A stretch of 64,000 bases of DNA from Longimicrobiales bacterium (GCA_965203485.1 OZ241892.1:2368001-2432000), one strand, 5' to 3'. Positions 1 to 11,068 are shown, counted from the stretch's first letter. The notes: generated by a model not told the origin, from the letters alone. Numbers and translations: made by a program.

Positions 1-371
1 TCGGCGGCGGCCACCAACCGGCGCACCCCTTCCGCCGACTGCGCGAGCGGCCGCTCCACCAGCACGTGCTTGCCGGCGCCGAGCGCGGCCGCGGCCATCG
101 TCTCGTGGAGCGCCTCCGGGGCGCCGATCACGATGCCCGCAACGCTCGCGTCGGCCAGCAGCGCGTCGTCGTCGAGGATCCGAGGGACGTTGAAGCGCTC
201 CGCGACCGCCGCCGCCTTGTGCTCGTCGGTGTCCGCCAGCGCGACGAGCTCCACGTCGGCCCGTTCCGCCAAGATGGGAAGGTGCATCACCTGGGTGATC
301 GCGCCCGCCCCGGCGATGCCCAGCCGAACTCGCTCGCGCCGCCGCTGGGGCTCCTGGACGCGCTCCGGCAC
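1..371 (-). CDS. Gfo/Idh/MocA family oxidoreductase (N-terminal part; runs off window)
   Basis: Manual minus-strand translation: VRLGIAGAGAITQVMHLPIL...GKHVLVERPLA (Rossmann GxG and KHVLxEKP-like motif); GTG start 371 with GGAG upstream. Confidence 0.85.
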   Translation of the reverse strand, partial: MPERVQEPQRRRERVRLGIAGAGAITQVMHLPILAERADVELVALADTDEHKAAAVAERFNVPRILDDDALLADASVAGIVIGAPEALHETMAAAALGAGKHVLVERPLAQSAEGVRRLVAAA

Positions 372-386
372 GGACTCGCTCCGCTC

Positions 387-1082
387 TCACTCTCCCGGGC
401 CGCCGAACGCGTAGGCGAGGCCGGCGCGAAAGTCGAAGTACGAGAGGTCGTCCATGATCTCCCACCTCGCCTGCACCGACGCCCGCGCTCCGGACACCAC
501 GGCGGCCAGTCCGGCGTGGACGTTGACGCCGGGCGCAAGCCGGTTGAGCAGGTCTTCGACGAACGTGTCGCGTATCGCCTCGCCGGATCCCCTCATCACA
601 TGCAGGGCGGCGCCCGTTCCCGCGAACGACTCGACGTAGGAGCCCAGGGGCGCGACGTACTCCGCGTCCACCGCGAGCGACAGGGCGCTCCACGAGACGG
701 GGCCCAAGGCGACTTCGGGCGCGGCTCCCGGCTGGCTTCGGCGGATCAGATGGGCGAGCCGCAGCTCCAAGTCCGCCAGCTCGTCGGCCGTGAAGTCCGA
801 GCGCCAGTAGGACGCGTAAGGCGCCAAGCGGAAGCGTGGACCCAGGAACCCCATGTCGACGTGCACGGCGTACGCGACCGCGGGCTCCAGCTTGTTGGGC
901 CGGATGGCGCCCACCGACAAGCCGACGCCGCGAAACGACAGGTTCTCGTAGTCGAAGTCCGCCAAGTCCTGTCCGGCGGCCGCGCCGGGGCCGGCAAGCG
1001 CGCACGCCGCCGCCCATGCCGCCGCGACGGCCGCGCGGCCACGGAGCGGCACGCTCGCCGTCCTCGCCGTTTCCTCGCGCAT
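387..1082 (-). CDS. Hypothetical secreted/outer-membrane beta-barrel-like protein
   Basis: Signal-peptide-like N-terminus, alternating beta-strand pattern, aromatic C-terminal strand (GLAYAF). Confidence 0.65.
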   Translation of the reverse strand: MREETARTASVPLRGRAAVAAAWAAACALAGPGAAAGQDLADFDYENLSFRGVGLSVGAIRPNKLEPAVAYAVHVDMGFLGPRFRLAPYASYWRSDFTADELADLELRLAHLIRRSQPGAAPEVALGPVSWSALSLAVDAEYVAPLGSYVESFAGTGAALHVMRGSGEAIRDTFVEDLLNRLAPGVNVHAGLAAVVSGARASVQARWEIMDDLSYFDFRAGLAYAFGGPGE

Positions 1083-1098
1083 TGGCCGTTCCGCCCGG

Positions 1099-1812
1099 TC
1101 AAGAGGAGCCGATTCGGCGCCCAGGGGTCAACACGCGCGCGCCGGCAGGCACTTCGAAGATAAACGCTCCGGGGTCGGCCGCCGGGCCGAGCGCGACGTT
1201 CGACAGGTCGAGCGTGCGCACGGAGCTGTTGGGGCGGTGCACCCTCACGCGCCGGAGGACGCGCGTCTTCGGGTCGATCCACAGCTTCGCCCGCCGGTAC
1301 GCCGCCGGGCCTCGCGGGAGCAGCTCCACGACGAAGCACGGCACGCCGCGGACGAGCTCCTCGCCCGCTTCCTCCACGTCGTAGCGCACGCCCGGATCGG
1401 CCAGGAACTCGCGGAAGAAGTCGAGGCCGCCCGGACGCTCGGCCAGCGGATGGCGAAGGACCTGCTTCTCGTCCACGCTGCGGTAGTACACCCAGAGGCT
1501 CTCGCCGTCCGACACGACCAGGTCGCCCGGCGGGTCCGTGAAGCGCATCGAGAAGAAGTTGGGGCGTTCCTGGCACACACGGCCCCTGCTGTCGACGGTG
1601 CGCCCGATGAGGCGGACCTCGATGCGCTGCTCGAAGTCGGCGCACATGGCGCGCACTTCCTGGTAGCGGCGGACCGCGCCGTCGAACGCCTCGCGGGGCG
1701 ATTGGGCGGCTGCGGGGACGCGCGCCGGCGGCCCGATAACGAGACCCAGCAGGACCGCCGCGATGCCCCGGGTTCCCCGGCGCGACCGATCAGCCGGGGC
1801 AGATCTCGTCAA
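1099..1812 (-). CDS. lolA: Outer membrane lipoprotein carrier protein LolA
   Basis: ADFEQ...RPNFFSMRFTDPPGDLVVSDGESLWVY; directly downstream of ftsK; start (TTG 1812) approximate. Confidence 0.85.
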   Translation of the reverse strand: MTRSAPADRSRRGTRGIAAVLLGLVIGPPARVPAAAQSPREAFDGAVRRYQEVRAMCADFEQRIEVRLIGRTVDSRGRVCQERPNFFSMRFTDPPGDLVVSDGESLWVYYRSVDEKQVLRHPLAERPGGLDFFREFLADPGVRYDVEEAGEELVRGVPCFVVELLPRGPAAYRRAKLWIDPKTRVLRRVRVHRPNSSVRTLDLSNVALGPAADPGAFIFEVPAGARVLTPGRRIGSS

Positions 1813-4300
1813 GGCTCTCGGCGGTCGCGGTGACTTCCCGGGGCTTGGAACCGTCCGGCGGGCCCAGCACGCCGGCATCGTGGAGCTGGTCGACGATGCG
1901 GGCCGCGCGCCCATAGCCGATCCGCAACCGCCGCTGCAGAAGCGACGTGGAGCCCGCGCCCTGCTGGATGCAAGCCTCGGCCGCCTCGCGGAACAGGTCG
2001 TCCCATTCTCCCTTGACCGGCTCGGGGCCGTCCTCCCCGGCGCCTTCGATGGCGCGCACGGTTGCCAGGATGTCGTCCTCGCCCGCCTGCGCGCCGGCCT
2101 CGGCCGCTTCGGGCGTGCTCGCCTGCTCCCGGTACCAGTCCATGAGCGCCTCGGTCTCCTCCGTCGAGATGTAGGCGCCCTGCATGCGCACCGGCTCCCC
2201 GTGGCCGGGCGGCAGGAAGAGCATGTCGCCGTAGCCGAGCAGCGCGTCGGCGCCGTTCTGGTCGAGGATCGTGCGCGAGTCCGTCTTCGAAGCGACGCGA
2301 AACGCAATGCGGCACGGGAAGTTGGCCTTGATGAGTCCGGTGATGACGTTCACGCTGGGCCGCTGCGTGGCCACCAGCAGGTGGATGCCGATGGCGCGCG
2401 CCTTCTGGGCCAGTTGCGTCAGCGGCTTCTCGACTTCGGCTTGGACCGTCATCATCAGGTCCGCCAGCTCGTCCACGACCACGACGATGTAGGGAAGCGG
2501 CCCGTCCGTGTAGATCCACCAGTCCTCGCCGGCGTCGTCGCCGCCGCCGTCCTGCTCCCCGGCCCCGGCCTCGCCCGGGCGCTTGAGCGTCACCCCGCGC
2601 GCCACGCGCTCGTTGAACTCCTTCAGCGACCGGACGCCGTTGGCGCTCAGCAACGCGTAGCGGCGCTCCATCTCCAGCACGGCCCACTTGAGGACGCCCG
2701 CCGCGTCCTTGGGATCGGTGACGACCGGATGGCGCAGGTGCGGCAGGTCCGCATAGGCCGAGAGCTCGACCATCTTGGGATCGATCAGCAGGAGCCGCAG
2801 GCGGCTCGGCCCGGCGCGGTAGACCAAGCTCGTGATGACCGTGTTGAGGCATACCGACTTGCCGGAACCGGTGGCTCCCGCGATCAGCGCGTGCGGCATC
2901 TTGGCCAAGTCGGAGACGAAGGGATGGCCGGCGAGGTCCTTGCCGAGCGCGAGCGGCAGCACGCCCGGCGACTGGACGAACGCGGGGGCTTCGAGGATCT
3001 CGCGCAGCCGCACCATCTCCGGGTTGGGGTTCGGGATCTCGACGCCGACGGCGCCCTTGCCGGGGATCGGAGCGACGATCCGCACGCTGTGCGCCTTCAT
3101 CGCCAGCGCCAAGTCGGCGTCGAGGTTCGCGATTCGGTTCACCTTGACGCCGGCCGCCGGCACCACCTCGTACTGCGTTACGGCCGGCCCAGTGGTGCGC
3201 CCGCCCACTTCGCATCGAATGTTGAAGGTTTCCAGCGTGTCGACGAGGATCCCGCCCAGCCGATCCAAGTCCCGCATCATCCCGGCCCGGTCTTGATGCT
3301 CGGGCTCGGTCAGCAGCTCGATCCCGGGCAACTCGTGCTCGGCCTCGGGCGGCGCGGGCTCGGGGGCGACGCCGGTTGCGGCCATTGCGTCGGTGGCGCC
3401 ACGCGGAGCCGGGTCGCCGACCGACGGTTCCTCCTCGTGGCCGAATGCCCCGGCCGGCAAACCCGCTTCGGAGTCGCCGCCGAAGGGGGTCGCGTTCGCT
3501 CCCGAGCCGACCGCACCGGCGTCTTCATGCGACCCGGCGTCCCCGCCCCGCCGCAACCCGCGTCCCCGGGCTCGGCTGCGCCCAAGACGCGCCCACACCG
3601 AGCGCGCGTCCGCAAACCCCGCGCTCGTCCGCCGCCTCGCCACCTCCCAGAGGCGCCCGGTCCCCTCGCCCAGGGTGCGCAACGGGTTGAACCCGAACGC
3701 CGCTACAGAGGTCGTCAGCACGCCGACGCCGACCACCACCCACGCCCCGAGCCAGCCCAGCTGCTCCCGCAAGGGGCCGCCCAACGTCGCGCCGACGAAT
3801 CCGCCACGGTCCGCGACGGCGGCGTCCGCGCCCTCGGACGCCGTTGCGTCCGCCACCGGGGCCGGCTCGGGCAGAAAGAACGACACGGGGACCAGAACGA
3901 GCGCGGCCACCGACACGATCCACAGCCGCTTGCGCGCGGCGGGCGACAACCGCTTGCCCGCGGTCGCGGCCATGGCAAGCAAGACGAACGGCGCCGCGAA
4001 CCGGCCTTCTCCCGCAAACCGCCGCAACAATCCGTTCAAGGCGTCGCCCCAAGCGCCCACGGGGTTGCCCGACGGAAACACGCTGCCCGCCGGGCCGAAG
4101 AGGTCCAACGGGAACATCGCCGCGAGCGACAGCGCCGCCAGAACGAAGAGCGCCAACGGGAGACGCGCCGTCAGCCAGCCCACGACGCGCACCAAGTCCG
4201 TCACCAGCCCTGAACCGGCCTTGCCGGACGTCCGCTTCTTGCGCGCACCGTCTCCGCGCGGGGACGGCTTGGTCTTCCTGCGGGCCCCCTTGGCGGCCAT
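1790..4300 (-). CDS. ftsK: DNA translocase FtsK
   Basis: N-terminal TM segments, MPHALIAGATGSGKS Walker A, DELADLM, ATQRPSV, gamma domain LQRRLRIGYGRAARIVD. Confidence 0.97.
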   Translation of the reverse strand: MAAKGARRKTKPSPRGDGARKKRTSGKAGSGLVTDLVRVVGWLTARLPLALFVLAALSLAAMFPLDLFGPAGSVFPSGNPVGAWGDALNGLLRRFAGEGRFAAPFVLLAMAATAGKRLSPAARKRLWIVSVAALVLVPVSFFLPEPAPVADATASEGADAAVADRGGFVGATLGGPLREQLGWLGAWVVVGVGVLTTSVAAFGFNPLRTLGEGTGRLWEVARRRTSAGFADARSVWARLGRSRARGRGLRRGGDAGSHEDAGAVGSGANATPFGGDSEAGLPAGAFGHEEEPSVGDPAPRGATDAMAATGVAPEPAPPEAEHELPGIELLTEPEHQDRAGMMRDLDRLGGILVDTLETFNIRCEVGGRTTGPAVTQYEVVPAAGVKVNRIANLDADLALAMKAHSVRIVAPIPGKGAVGVEIPNPNPEMVRLREILEAPAFVQSPGVLPLALGKDLAGHPFVSDLAKMPHALIAGATGSGKSVCLNTVITSLVYRAGPSRLRLLLIDPKMVELSAYADLPHLRHPVVTDPKDAAGVLKWAVLEMERRYALLSANGVRSLKEFNERVARGVTLKRPGEAGAGEQDGGGDDAGEDWWIYTDGPLPYIVVVVDELADLMMTVQAEVEKPLTQLAQKARAIGIHLLVATQRPSVNVITGLIKANFPCRIAFRVASKTDSRTILDQNGADALLGYGDMLFLPPGHGEPVRMQGAYISTEETEALMDWYREQASTPEAAEAGAQAGEDDILATVRAIEGAGEDGPEPVKGEWDDLFREAAEACIQQGAGSTSLLQRRLRIGYGRAARIVDQLHDAGVLGPPDGSKPREVTATAESLDEICPG

Positions 4301-4302
4301 GT

Positions 4303-5073
4303 TTAGGCGGCCACCAGCGCCCCGCCGCGCATCTCGGGCACGGCCGCGCGGCGGTCCAGGTCCGCGCACGCCGCCAAGTCGCCGGCGAGCCCCACTTCGG
4401 CCAGGGCCCGTCCGGCGGCCGTGCGGGCCAGCATCGCCGCGGAAGGCTCGCGCGCGCCCGCCACGTCGCGCGCCGCCTCGGCCGCGTCGTCCAGCTCCAG
4501 CGGCCCGCGCGAACGCACCTCGACGGCACGCACCAGATGCCCGGCGCACGCCGCGTCGTCCAGCGCGAACGCGCCGTCCTTGCCCGCGCACGCGACGAGC
4601 ACGTCGTCCGCGCCGTCCACGAGCCGGTCCGCCACGGCCCCCAAGTTGACGAACGCCGCCGCCAGCACGCGCTTCGCCCCGGCGACCGCCAAGAACGCGG
4701 CCGTCCCGTTGGTCGTCTTCATGAGCAGGCGCTTGCCGGCCACTGCGTCCGCTCCGAACTCGCGCGGCGAGTTCCCCAGGTCGAACCCGTCGATCCGCAG
4801 GCCGCCGCGTTCGCCGCAGAGGAGCGCGCCGCCCTGAGCGCCGGCGCCCGCCGCCCCGGCCGAGCCCGAGTCCGCAACCGAAGCCGCCGCCGCTTCTTCC
4901 GCCTCCCGGACGGACCCGAACGGCTCCACCGAGCGCGCCCCGTTGGCCAGCGCCTCCACGACGCAGGTCGTCGCCCGAACCACGTCGATCACGACGGCGG
5001 TCCTCCCCTCCGGCCCAGCGCGCCGGGCCGCCGCTCCCGTGAACGCCACGGACACCCGCATCCGGTCAGCCAT
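4303..5073 (-). CDS. comB: 2-phosphosulfolactate phosphatase family protein
   Basis: [32 protein letters not shown] motifs; start 5073 or 5061. Confidence 0.9.
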   Translation of the reverse strand: MADRMRVSVAFTGAAARRAGPEGRTAVVIDVVRATTCVVEALANGARSVEPFGSVREAEEAAAASVADSGSAGAAGAGAQGGALLCGERGGLRIDGFDLGNSPREFGADAVAGKRLLMKTTNGTAAFLAVAGAKRVLAAAFVNLGAVADRLVDGADDVLVACAGKDGAFALDDAACAGHLVRAVEVRSRGPLELDDAAEAARDVAGAREPSAAMLARTAAGRALAEVGLAGDLAACADLDRRAAVPEMRGGALVAA

Positions 5074-6415
5074 CCGCCGCCCCGGCAAGACGGCTCACGA
5101 ACCCCGTGTCCACGTCGCCCGCCATGAACGCCTCGTCGCGAGTCAGGCGCGCAAGGTAGCCGATCGTCGTCGAAATCCCCTCGACCACGAACGACTCCAG
5201 CGCTTCGCGGCCCCGCACTACCGCCTCGGCGCGGCTGGCGCCCCACACGATCAGCTTGGCGAGCAACGAGTCGTAGAACGGGGGAACGGTGTATCCCGAG
5301 TACGCGTGCGTGTCGACGCGAACGCCCGGGCCGCCCGGCTGGTGGAGCGTGGTGATCGTCCCCGGCGAAGGCGCGAAGCCCCGGTCCGGGTCCTCGGCGT
5401 TGATCCGAAACTCGATGGCGTGGCCGCGATGCACGGGGTCCTCCGGAAACGACAGCGGCTCGCCGGCCGCCACCCGTATCTGCTCCTTCACCAAGTCCAG
5501 TCCGGTCGTGACTTCGGTGACGGGGTGCTCGACCTGGATGCGCGTGTTCATCTCGATGAAGAAGAAATCGCCCGACGGCTCCAGCAGGAACTCGACCGTC
5601 CCGGCGCCAACGTACCCAATCGCCTCGGCCGCCTTGACGGCCGCTCGGCCCATCCGCCGCCGCAGTTCGTCGGTGAGCGCGACCGACGGCGCCTCTTCCA
5701 CCAGCTTCTGGTGGCGCCGCTGGATCGAGCAGTCGCGTTCGCCCACGTGCATGACGCGCCCGTGCGCGTCGCCGAACACCTGGAACTCCACGTGACGCGG
5801 GCGTTCCAGGTAGCGCTCCAGATATATGCCGGGGTCGCCGAACGCGGCCGCCGCCTCGGCGCGCGCCGCCGCGAAGCGCCGCCCAAGGGTCTCGTCGTCC
5901 TCCGCGATGCGGATGCCCGTCCCGCCGCCGCCGGCCGCCGCCTTGATCATCATCGGGTAGCCGATCTCCTCCGCGAGCGCCAGCGCCGTGCCCTCTTCGT
6001 CCACCAAGCCGTCCGAGCCGGGCACCACCGGCACGCCCGCCGCCGTCATGGCCTCGCGCGCCGCCGCCTTGTCGCCCATCGCGCGGATCTGGTCCGGCGA
6101 CGGTCCCACGAACGTCAGATTGGCGCGCTGGCAGACCTCGGCGAACTCGGCGTTCTCGGCCAGGAAGCCGTACCCAGGATGCACCGCCTCCGCTCCCGTG
6201 ATCTCGGCCGCGGCGAAGATGCGGGACAGGTTCAGATAGGACCGCGACGCGCGCGCCGGGCCGATGCACACCGCCTCGTCGGCGAACCGCACGTGCAGCG
6301 AGTCGCGGTCGGCCTCCGAGTACACGGCCACCGTGGTCACGCCCAGCTCGCGGCAAGCGCGCACCACGCGCAATGCGATCTCGCCCCGGTTGGCGATCAA
6401 GAGCTTCTTGAACAT
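5066..6415 (-). CDS. accC: Acetyl-CoA carboxylase, biotin carboxylase subunit
   Basis: [45 protein letters not shown]. Confidence 0.97.
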   Translation of the reverse strand: MFKKLLIANRGEIALRVVRACRELGVTTVAVYSEADRDSLHVRFADEAVCIGPARASRSYLNLSRIFAAAEITGAEAVHPGYGFLAENAEFAEVCQRANLTFVGPSPDQIRAMGDKAAAREAMTAAGVPVVPGSDGLVDEEGTALALAEEIGYPMMIKAAAGGGGTGIRIAEDDETLGRRFAAARAEAAAAFGDPGIYLERYLERPRHVEFQVFGDAHGRVMHVGERDCSIQRRHQKLVEEAPSVALTDELRRRMGRAAVKAAEAIGYVGAGTVEFLLEPSGDFFFIEMNTRIQVEHPVTEVTTGLDLVKEQIRVAAGEPLSFPEDPVHRGHAIEFRINAEDPDRGFAPSPGTITTLHQPGGPGVRVDTHAYSGYTVPPFYDSLLAKLIVWGASRAEAVVRGREALESFVVEGISTTIGYLARLTRDEAFMAGDVDTGFVSRLAGAADG

Positions 6416-6438
6416 GGCCGGAGCGCGCCGTCCCGCCG

Positions 6439-6921
6439 TCAGGCCGGGTCGATCCGAAACAGCACCTGTCCGAACTCCACGGGCTCGGCGTTGGGGACGC
6501 AGATCTCCGCGACGCGGCCGGCCGTTTCGCACTCGAGCTCGTTCATCAGCTTCATGGCTTCGATCACGCACAGCACGTCGCCCGCGGCGACTCGGTCGTC
6601 GGCGCTCACGTACGGGTCGGCTTCGGGAGACGGCGCGCGGTAGAAGGTCCCGACCATCGGCGACACCACGTCCACCAGCCGCGCGGCCGCCTTGGCCGCC
6701 CCTTCGGACGCATGGGCCGAAGACGAGTCCCCACCGGCGGACGGATCCGGCGGGCCGGGCGCGGGAGCGGAGGCGGGAGCCGCCACGGGCGGAAGCGCCG
6801 TCGCGGCGGGCGGCGACTTGGACAGAAAGATGCGGGAGCCGCCACGTTCGATCTCCATGCTGGAGAGCGACGACTGGTCCAGCAACCGGACCAGGGACTT
6901 GACGATCTTGGGGTCGATCAT
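6439..6921 (-). CDS. accB: Acetyl-CoA carboxylase biotin carboxyl carrier protein
   Basis: SPMVGTFY...IEAMKLMNE biotinylation motif; Pro/Ala linker. Confidence 0.96.
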   Translation of the reverse strand: MIDPKIVKSLVRLLDQSSLSSMEIERGGSRIFLSKSPPAATALPPVAAPASAPAPGPPDPSAGGDSSSAHASEGAAKAAARLVDVVSPMVGTFYRAPSPEADPYVSADDRVAAGDVLCVIEAMKLMNELECETAGRVAEICVPNAEPVEFGQVLFRIDPA

Positions 6922-7484
6922 CCGCTGACCCGCGTCAAGTACTTGTGCTCCCGCCGGTCGACCTTCAGGACGTCGCCGGCTTCCACGAAGAGCGGGACCT
7001 GCACCACCGCGCCCGTCTCCAGCGTCGCCGCCTTGGTGGCGCCTTGGGCGGTGTCGCCCTTGAAGCCCGGATCGGTCTCGGCCACTGCCAGCTCCACGAA
7101 GGCCGGCAGCTCCACGCTGATGACGCTGCCGTCGTGGACCAGCCCCTCGCAGGCCATGTTCTCCTTCAGGTACTTGAGCTGATCGCCGCCCAGCAGCTCG
7201 CCGCTGATCGGGATCATGTCGAAGGTTTCCTGGTCCATGAAGTAGTAGAGCTCGCCGTCCGCGTAGGAGTAGTTGACGGGACGGCGCTCCAAGCGAACCG
7301 GAGCGATTCTTTCGCCGGCCCGGAAAGTGCGGTCCACGACCGCGCCCGAGAGGACGTTCTTGAGCTTCGTGCGCACGAACGCGCCCCCCTTGCCGGGCTT
7401 CACGTGCTGAAAGTAGGAGATCGTCCAGAGCGCGCCGCCGATGTCCAGGACCATGCCGTTGCGGAAGTCCGCCGTCGTCGCCAT
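6918..7484 (-). CDS. efp: Elongation factor P
   Basis: [34 protein letters not shown]. Confidence 0.97.
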   Translation of the reverse strand: MATTADFRNGMVLDIGGALWTISYFQHVKPGKGGAFVRTKLKNVLSGAVVDRTFRAGERIAPVRLERRPVNYSYADGELYYFMDQETFDMIPISGELLGGDQLKYLKENMACEGLVHDGSVISVELPAFVELAVAETDPGFKGDTAQGATKAATLETGAVVQVPLFVEAGDVLKVDRREHKYLTRVSG

Positions 7485-7493
7485 GCGTTCGCT

Positions 7494-8015
7494 TCAGTCC
7501 CCTTCCCCGCGGCGGAGGCTCTTCTCGGACGGCGAAGGCCCGGAGCGGTCCAGGCGGCGTCTCAGGTGGTTGGTGAGACAGCGGAACCCGGAAAGATAGC
7601 TGTCCATGCCGAAGCCTGCGACCACGCCCGCGGCGGCCGGAGCGAGCAGCGACTTCCGCCGAAACGGCTCGCGCGCCGCCGGATTGCTCAGGTGCACCTC
7701 GACGAAGGGCAGCGCCACGGCCTTCAGTCCGTCCAACAGCGCCACCGACGTGTGGCCCAAGCCAGCCGGGTTGACGACGAGCCCGTCCGCACGGCCCAAG
7801 CACGCCGCGAGGAAGTCGAGGATCTCGCCTTCCGAGTTCGACTGGAAGACTTCGAGCGCGCAACCGAGCTCGGCGGCGAGGTCCGCGAGCGCCTCGTTGA
7901 TGCGGGCGAGCGAGTCCGACCCGTACGTCTCGGGTTCGCGAACGCCCAGCAAGTTGAGGTTCGGGCCGTGGACCACGGCGATGCGCAACGGACGGCGGCC
8001 GGTGCTGCCGGACAT
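7494..8015 (-). CDS. aroQ: Type II 3-dehydroquinate dehydratase
   Basis: HGPNLNLLGVREPETYG, QSNSEGEI, NPAGLGHTS, EVHLSN. Confidence 0.95.
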   Translation of the reverse strand: MSGSTGRRPLRIAVVHGPNLNLLGVREPETYGSDSLARINEALADLAAELGCALEVFQSNSEGEILDFLAACLGRADGLVVNPAGLGHTSVALLDGLKAVALPFVEVHLSNPAAREPFRRKSLLAPAAAGVVAGFGMDSYLSGFRCLTNHLRRRLDRSGPSPSEKSLRRGEGD

Positions 8016-8342
8016 GGGGGGAGGGCGGTCTCGGGAAGGAGGGGCGCCGCCGGACGGGCCAGCGGGGCAGGGCGTCTCGCGACTCGGTAAACGTACGTTT
8101 CCCGGATGGGCGGCGTCAATCGCCGGAAGGGCGCGCCTGACCGGGTGGCGGCCTCTGCGGCGGCGGCTTGCCGAGCCTCGCGCTTGGCGTCCGCTTGAAG
8201 CGCGCTTTGCCGCAACGTTAGCTTCCCAACGGCGGTTGCCGAGACCGAGGAAACGCACCGGCGAGGGACGACGCCTCGCCGCGTGCTCTTTTCCGGATCG
8301 GCGGTTCGGGGTGGGCACGCGCGAGCGAGGGCATATCCGACG

Positions 8343-10184
8343 ATGATGCGGCAAATGCGGGAACACACGAAGTGGATCATGCTCCTGGCGATGCTCGCCT
8401 TCGGGGGTCTGATGTTCTTCGAATGGGGGATGGACATCACGGGCCAGACTTCCGGCGGCTTCGGCGAGATCGGGAGAGTGAACGGGACGCCCGTTCTGTA
8501 CGACCAATACATGGCGACGTACCGAGGCATCTACGATCAGGTGCAGGCGACGCAGGAAGAGCCCGTCACCAACGCGCAGAACCGCGAGCTCGAGGACCAG
8601 GCATGGAACCAGACCGTGGACGTCCTCCTCGTCCAGCAGGAGCTGGAGCGGCGCGGGATTCTGGTGACCGACGAAGAAGTCGTCGCCATGGCGCGGGCCG
8701 CCCCGCCGCCCGAGCTGATGTCCACCCCGGCGTTCCTCACCGACGGGCGGTTCGACCAGACGAAGTACCTGCGCTTCCTGGACAGCGCCGACCCGGAAGT
8801 TCTGTTGCAGTTCGAAGCGTACTACCGCGACCAGATCACGCGCATGAAGCTCTTTCGCCAAGTGACCCTGGGCGTGCACGCCTCGGACGCCGAGCTCTGG
8901 AGGAACTACCGGGACGCGAACGAGACCTCGTCCGTCCGCTACGTGACGTTCGACCCCCTGGTGCGGGTCGCCGACGACCAGATCGACGTCACGCAGGAAG
9001 AGGTGTCGCGCCATTACGCCGACAACCGGGAGGACTTCGCCACGCCCGCCACCGCCCGGATCGTTTCCGTCGTGCTGTCGAAGACGCCCACGCCTGCCGA
9101 CACGGCCGCGACCTTCGAGCGCGCGCGGGCAACGCTGGACGAGCTTCGCGGCGGCGGAGACTTCGCCGAGATCGCCCGGCGGGAATCCGCCGACCCGGGA
9201 TCGGCGGAGGCCGGGGGCGACCTGGGCGTGTTTCCCAAGGGCCGGATGGCCCCCGCGTTCGACTCGGCCGTCTTCGCCGCCCGGCTGAACCGCCCCGCCG
9301 GGCCGGTGCAGACCGAGTTCGGCCTCCACGTCGTCGAAGTCGAGGACCGTTGGGGGCAGGACTCCGCCCGGGCCCGCCACGTCCTGTTGCCGTTCGAGCG
9401 GACGGACGAGTCCGAGATCGCCATGCTGGGCGCCGCCGACTCGCTGGAAGCTCTCGGCGAGATCATGCCGCTCGGCGAGGCGGCGGCGGCACTGGGACTC
9501 TCCGCCGACACGCTGGAGATCATCGAGGCGCGGCCGCTGGCGCCGGGCGCCGGAAGCATCGCGGAAGGCGGCGAGTGGGCGTTCGAGGCCGAGACCGCGC
9601 CCGGCGACGTGAGCCCGGTCTTCGAGAACCGCGCGTCGTTCTACGCGATCGAACTGATGTCGGTGGACCCGGCGGGCTACGTCGCCGCCGATGAAGCGGA
9701 GCCCGCCATTCGCCAGACGCTGGGATTGCGAAAGAAGCTGGCGGCCACGATCGAGGAGGCCCAGGCGCTGGCCGAAGAGATCGGGGCCGGGCGCCGGCTG
9801 GCCGACGTCGCCGCCGAGGCCGGCCTGGAGGTCCGCGAAGCCGGACCGTTCACGCGCAACGACTTCGTGCCGGGCCTGGGCTACAGGACCCCGGCGGTGG
9901 GCACGGCGTTCGGCATCGGAATCGACGAAGTGTCGGAACCGGTCGAGTCGAACCAGAACGTGTTCTTGCTGGAGCGCACCGTCTCGGAAGCGGCCGACAG
10001 CGCGGCATGGGAGGCGCAGGCCGACGCGCAACGGGCGGAAGTCGTCGCGGCCGCGCGCGGCATGCGGATCGAACAATGGCTGGCAGCGCTGCGAGCCGCG
10101 GCGGACATCGTGGACCGCCGGGAGGAAGTGCTCGCGCCGCCCGACGAGAACGCCGCCGCGCCCGGCCTGCCGCCCGTCTTCTGA
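8343..10184 (+). CDS. SurA/PpiD-like periplasmic peptidyl-prolyl isomerase/chaperone
   Basis: N-terminal TM anchor, SurA_N region, rotamase motif FAEIARRESADPGSAEAGGDLG, GPVQTEFGLHVV. Confidence 0.9.
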   Translation: MMRQMREHTKWIMLLAMLAFGGLMFFEWGMDITGQTSGGFGEIGRVNGTPVLYDQYMATYRGIYDQVQATQEEPVTNAQNRELEDQAWNQTVDVLLVQQELERRGILVTDEEVVAMARAAPPPELMSTPAFLTDGRFDQTKYLRFLDSADPEVLLQFEAYYRDQITRMKLFRQVTLGVHASDAELWRNYRDANETSSVRYVTFDPLVRVADDQIDVTQEEVSRHYADNREDFATPATARIVSVVLSKTPTPADTAATFERARATLDELRGGGDFAEIARRESADPGSAEAGGDLGVFPKGRMAPAFDSAVFAARLNRPAGPVQTEFGLHVVEVEDRWGQDSARARHVLLPFERTDESEIAMLGAADSLEALGEIMPLGEAAAALGLSADTLEIIEARPLAPGAGSIAEGGEWAFEAETAPGDVSPVFENRASFYAIELMSVDPAGYVAADEAEPAIRQTLGLRKKLAATIEEAQALAEEIGAGRRLADVAAEAGLEVREAGPFTRNDFVPGLGYRTPAVGTAFGIGIDEVSEPVESNQNVFLLERTVSEAADSAAWEAQADAQRAEVVAAARGMRIEQWLAALRAAADIVDRREEVLAPPDENAAAPGLPPVF

Positions 10185-10229
10185 CGCCGCGCGCGGGCCG
10201 GGACGCCGGCGAGGAGCCGTTGCTCCGCC

Positions 10230-10721
10230 TCAAGTAGCCTGCAGCGCCTTGCCGGCCTCCTCCCAGCTCACGTCCGCCTCCCAAGTCACTTTCACGGCTC
10301 CTTCCAGGCTCCGGGCGGTCGGGCACTTGCGAGCGTGCGTCTCGAGCGCGCGGTCGACTTTCTCGCGCGGCGTGCCCGCCGGAACGCGGATCGCGTAGCG
10401 CACGTGGATCCCGGTCAGCGTCACGACCCGGTCCAAGACTTCGTTGACGCCTTCGGCCCGCGCGCTCAGGGCATCGGCCGCCGTCGGGATCCCGCGCACT
10501 TCCAGTGCGCCGTTGAGGGTCCCGAGCAGTCAAGCGGCCGCCGCCGCGACCAAGTAGTCGACGGGCAACGGCAGATCGGGCTCGGCGTCGAGCCGGTAGT
10601 GCGCCTTGACGGGGCCATGGACGCCGAACTCGATCGCCGTGCCGTCGGCAAGGGCCGCGCGACGGCGCACGCCCTCGGTCTTGGAGACGCGGGCGCGCGC
10701 CGTGTAGAAGGGCTTGCTCAC
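10230..10721 (-). CDS. OsmC/Ohr-family protein with in-frame UGA (10530-10532) at the first conserved Cys; probable selenoprotein
   Basis: ORFs 10530..10913 and 10230..10499 share a frame and are separated only by TGA: PVDYLVAAAAA-U-LLGTL...HARKCPTARSL; GTG start overlaps the upstream xdhC stop and has a GGAGG RBS. Confidence 0.85.
10484..10525 (-). promoter_or_regulatory. Putative bacterial SECIS element
   Basis: mRNA after UGA folds as UCGGGA/UCCCGA and CCC/GGG lower stems plus a perfect GCGCACU-GGA-AGUGCGC upper hairpin; G-initiated loop starts 26 nt after UGA. Confidence 0.75.
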
Positions 10722-11068
10722 TCTGATTCCTCCGGGTTGCATGGTAGTCCGAACAGCGCCGGGTTCGCCGGCTCGATGAACACGTTCATGACGCCCCCGC
10801 ACACGGCGGGACTCCAGGACGTGAAGTCGTCGGTGAGGTCGATGCGGACGACCGCGGGCGGCGCGCCGCGGAACAGCTTGCGTGCCGCGGCCACGACCTC
10901 GCCTTCGCCGCATCCGCCCCCGATGGTGCCGGCGACGACGCCGCGCTCGCCCACCAGCATCGCCGCCCCAGTCTTGCGCGGCGTGGAGCCCCGCGTCGAA
11001 ATCACCGTCGCCAGCACCGCAGGCTCGCCCAGTTCGGCCAGCCGCGCGAACACGCTTCTGTCGCTCAC
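10718..11068 (-). CDS. xdhC: XdhC/CoxI N-terminal domain protein (stand-alone)
   Basis: AVLATVISTRGSTPRKTGAAMLV...GTIGGGCGE...CGGVMNVFIE. Confidence 0.9.
   Translation of the reverse strand: MSDRSVFARLAELGEPAVLATVISTRGSTPRKTGAAMLVGERGVVAGTIGGGCGEGEVVAAARKLFRGAPPAVVRIDLTDDFTSWSPAVCGGVMNVFIEPANPALFGLPCNPEESE

Noticed and set aside
8016..8342. Long aroQ/surA-like intergenic region as possible ncRNA
   Set aside because: No recognisable RNA family signature by eye; an Rfam/Infernal scan would be needed
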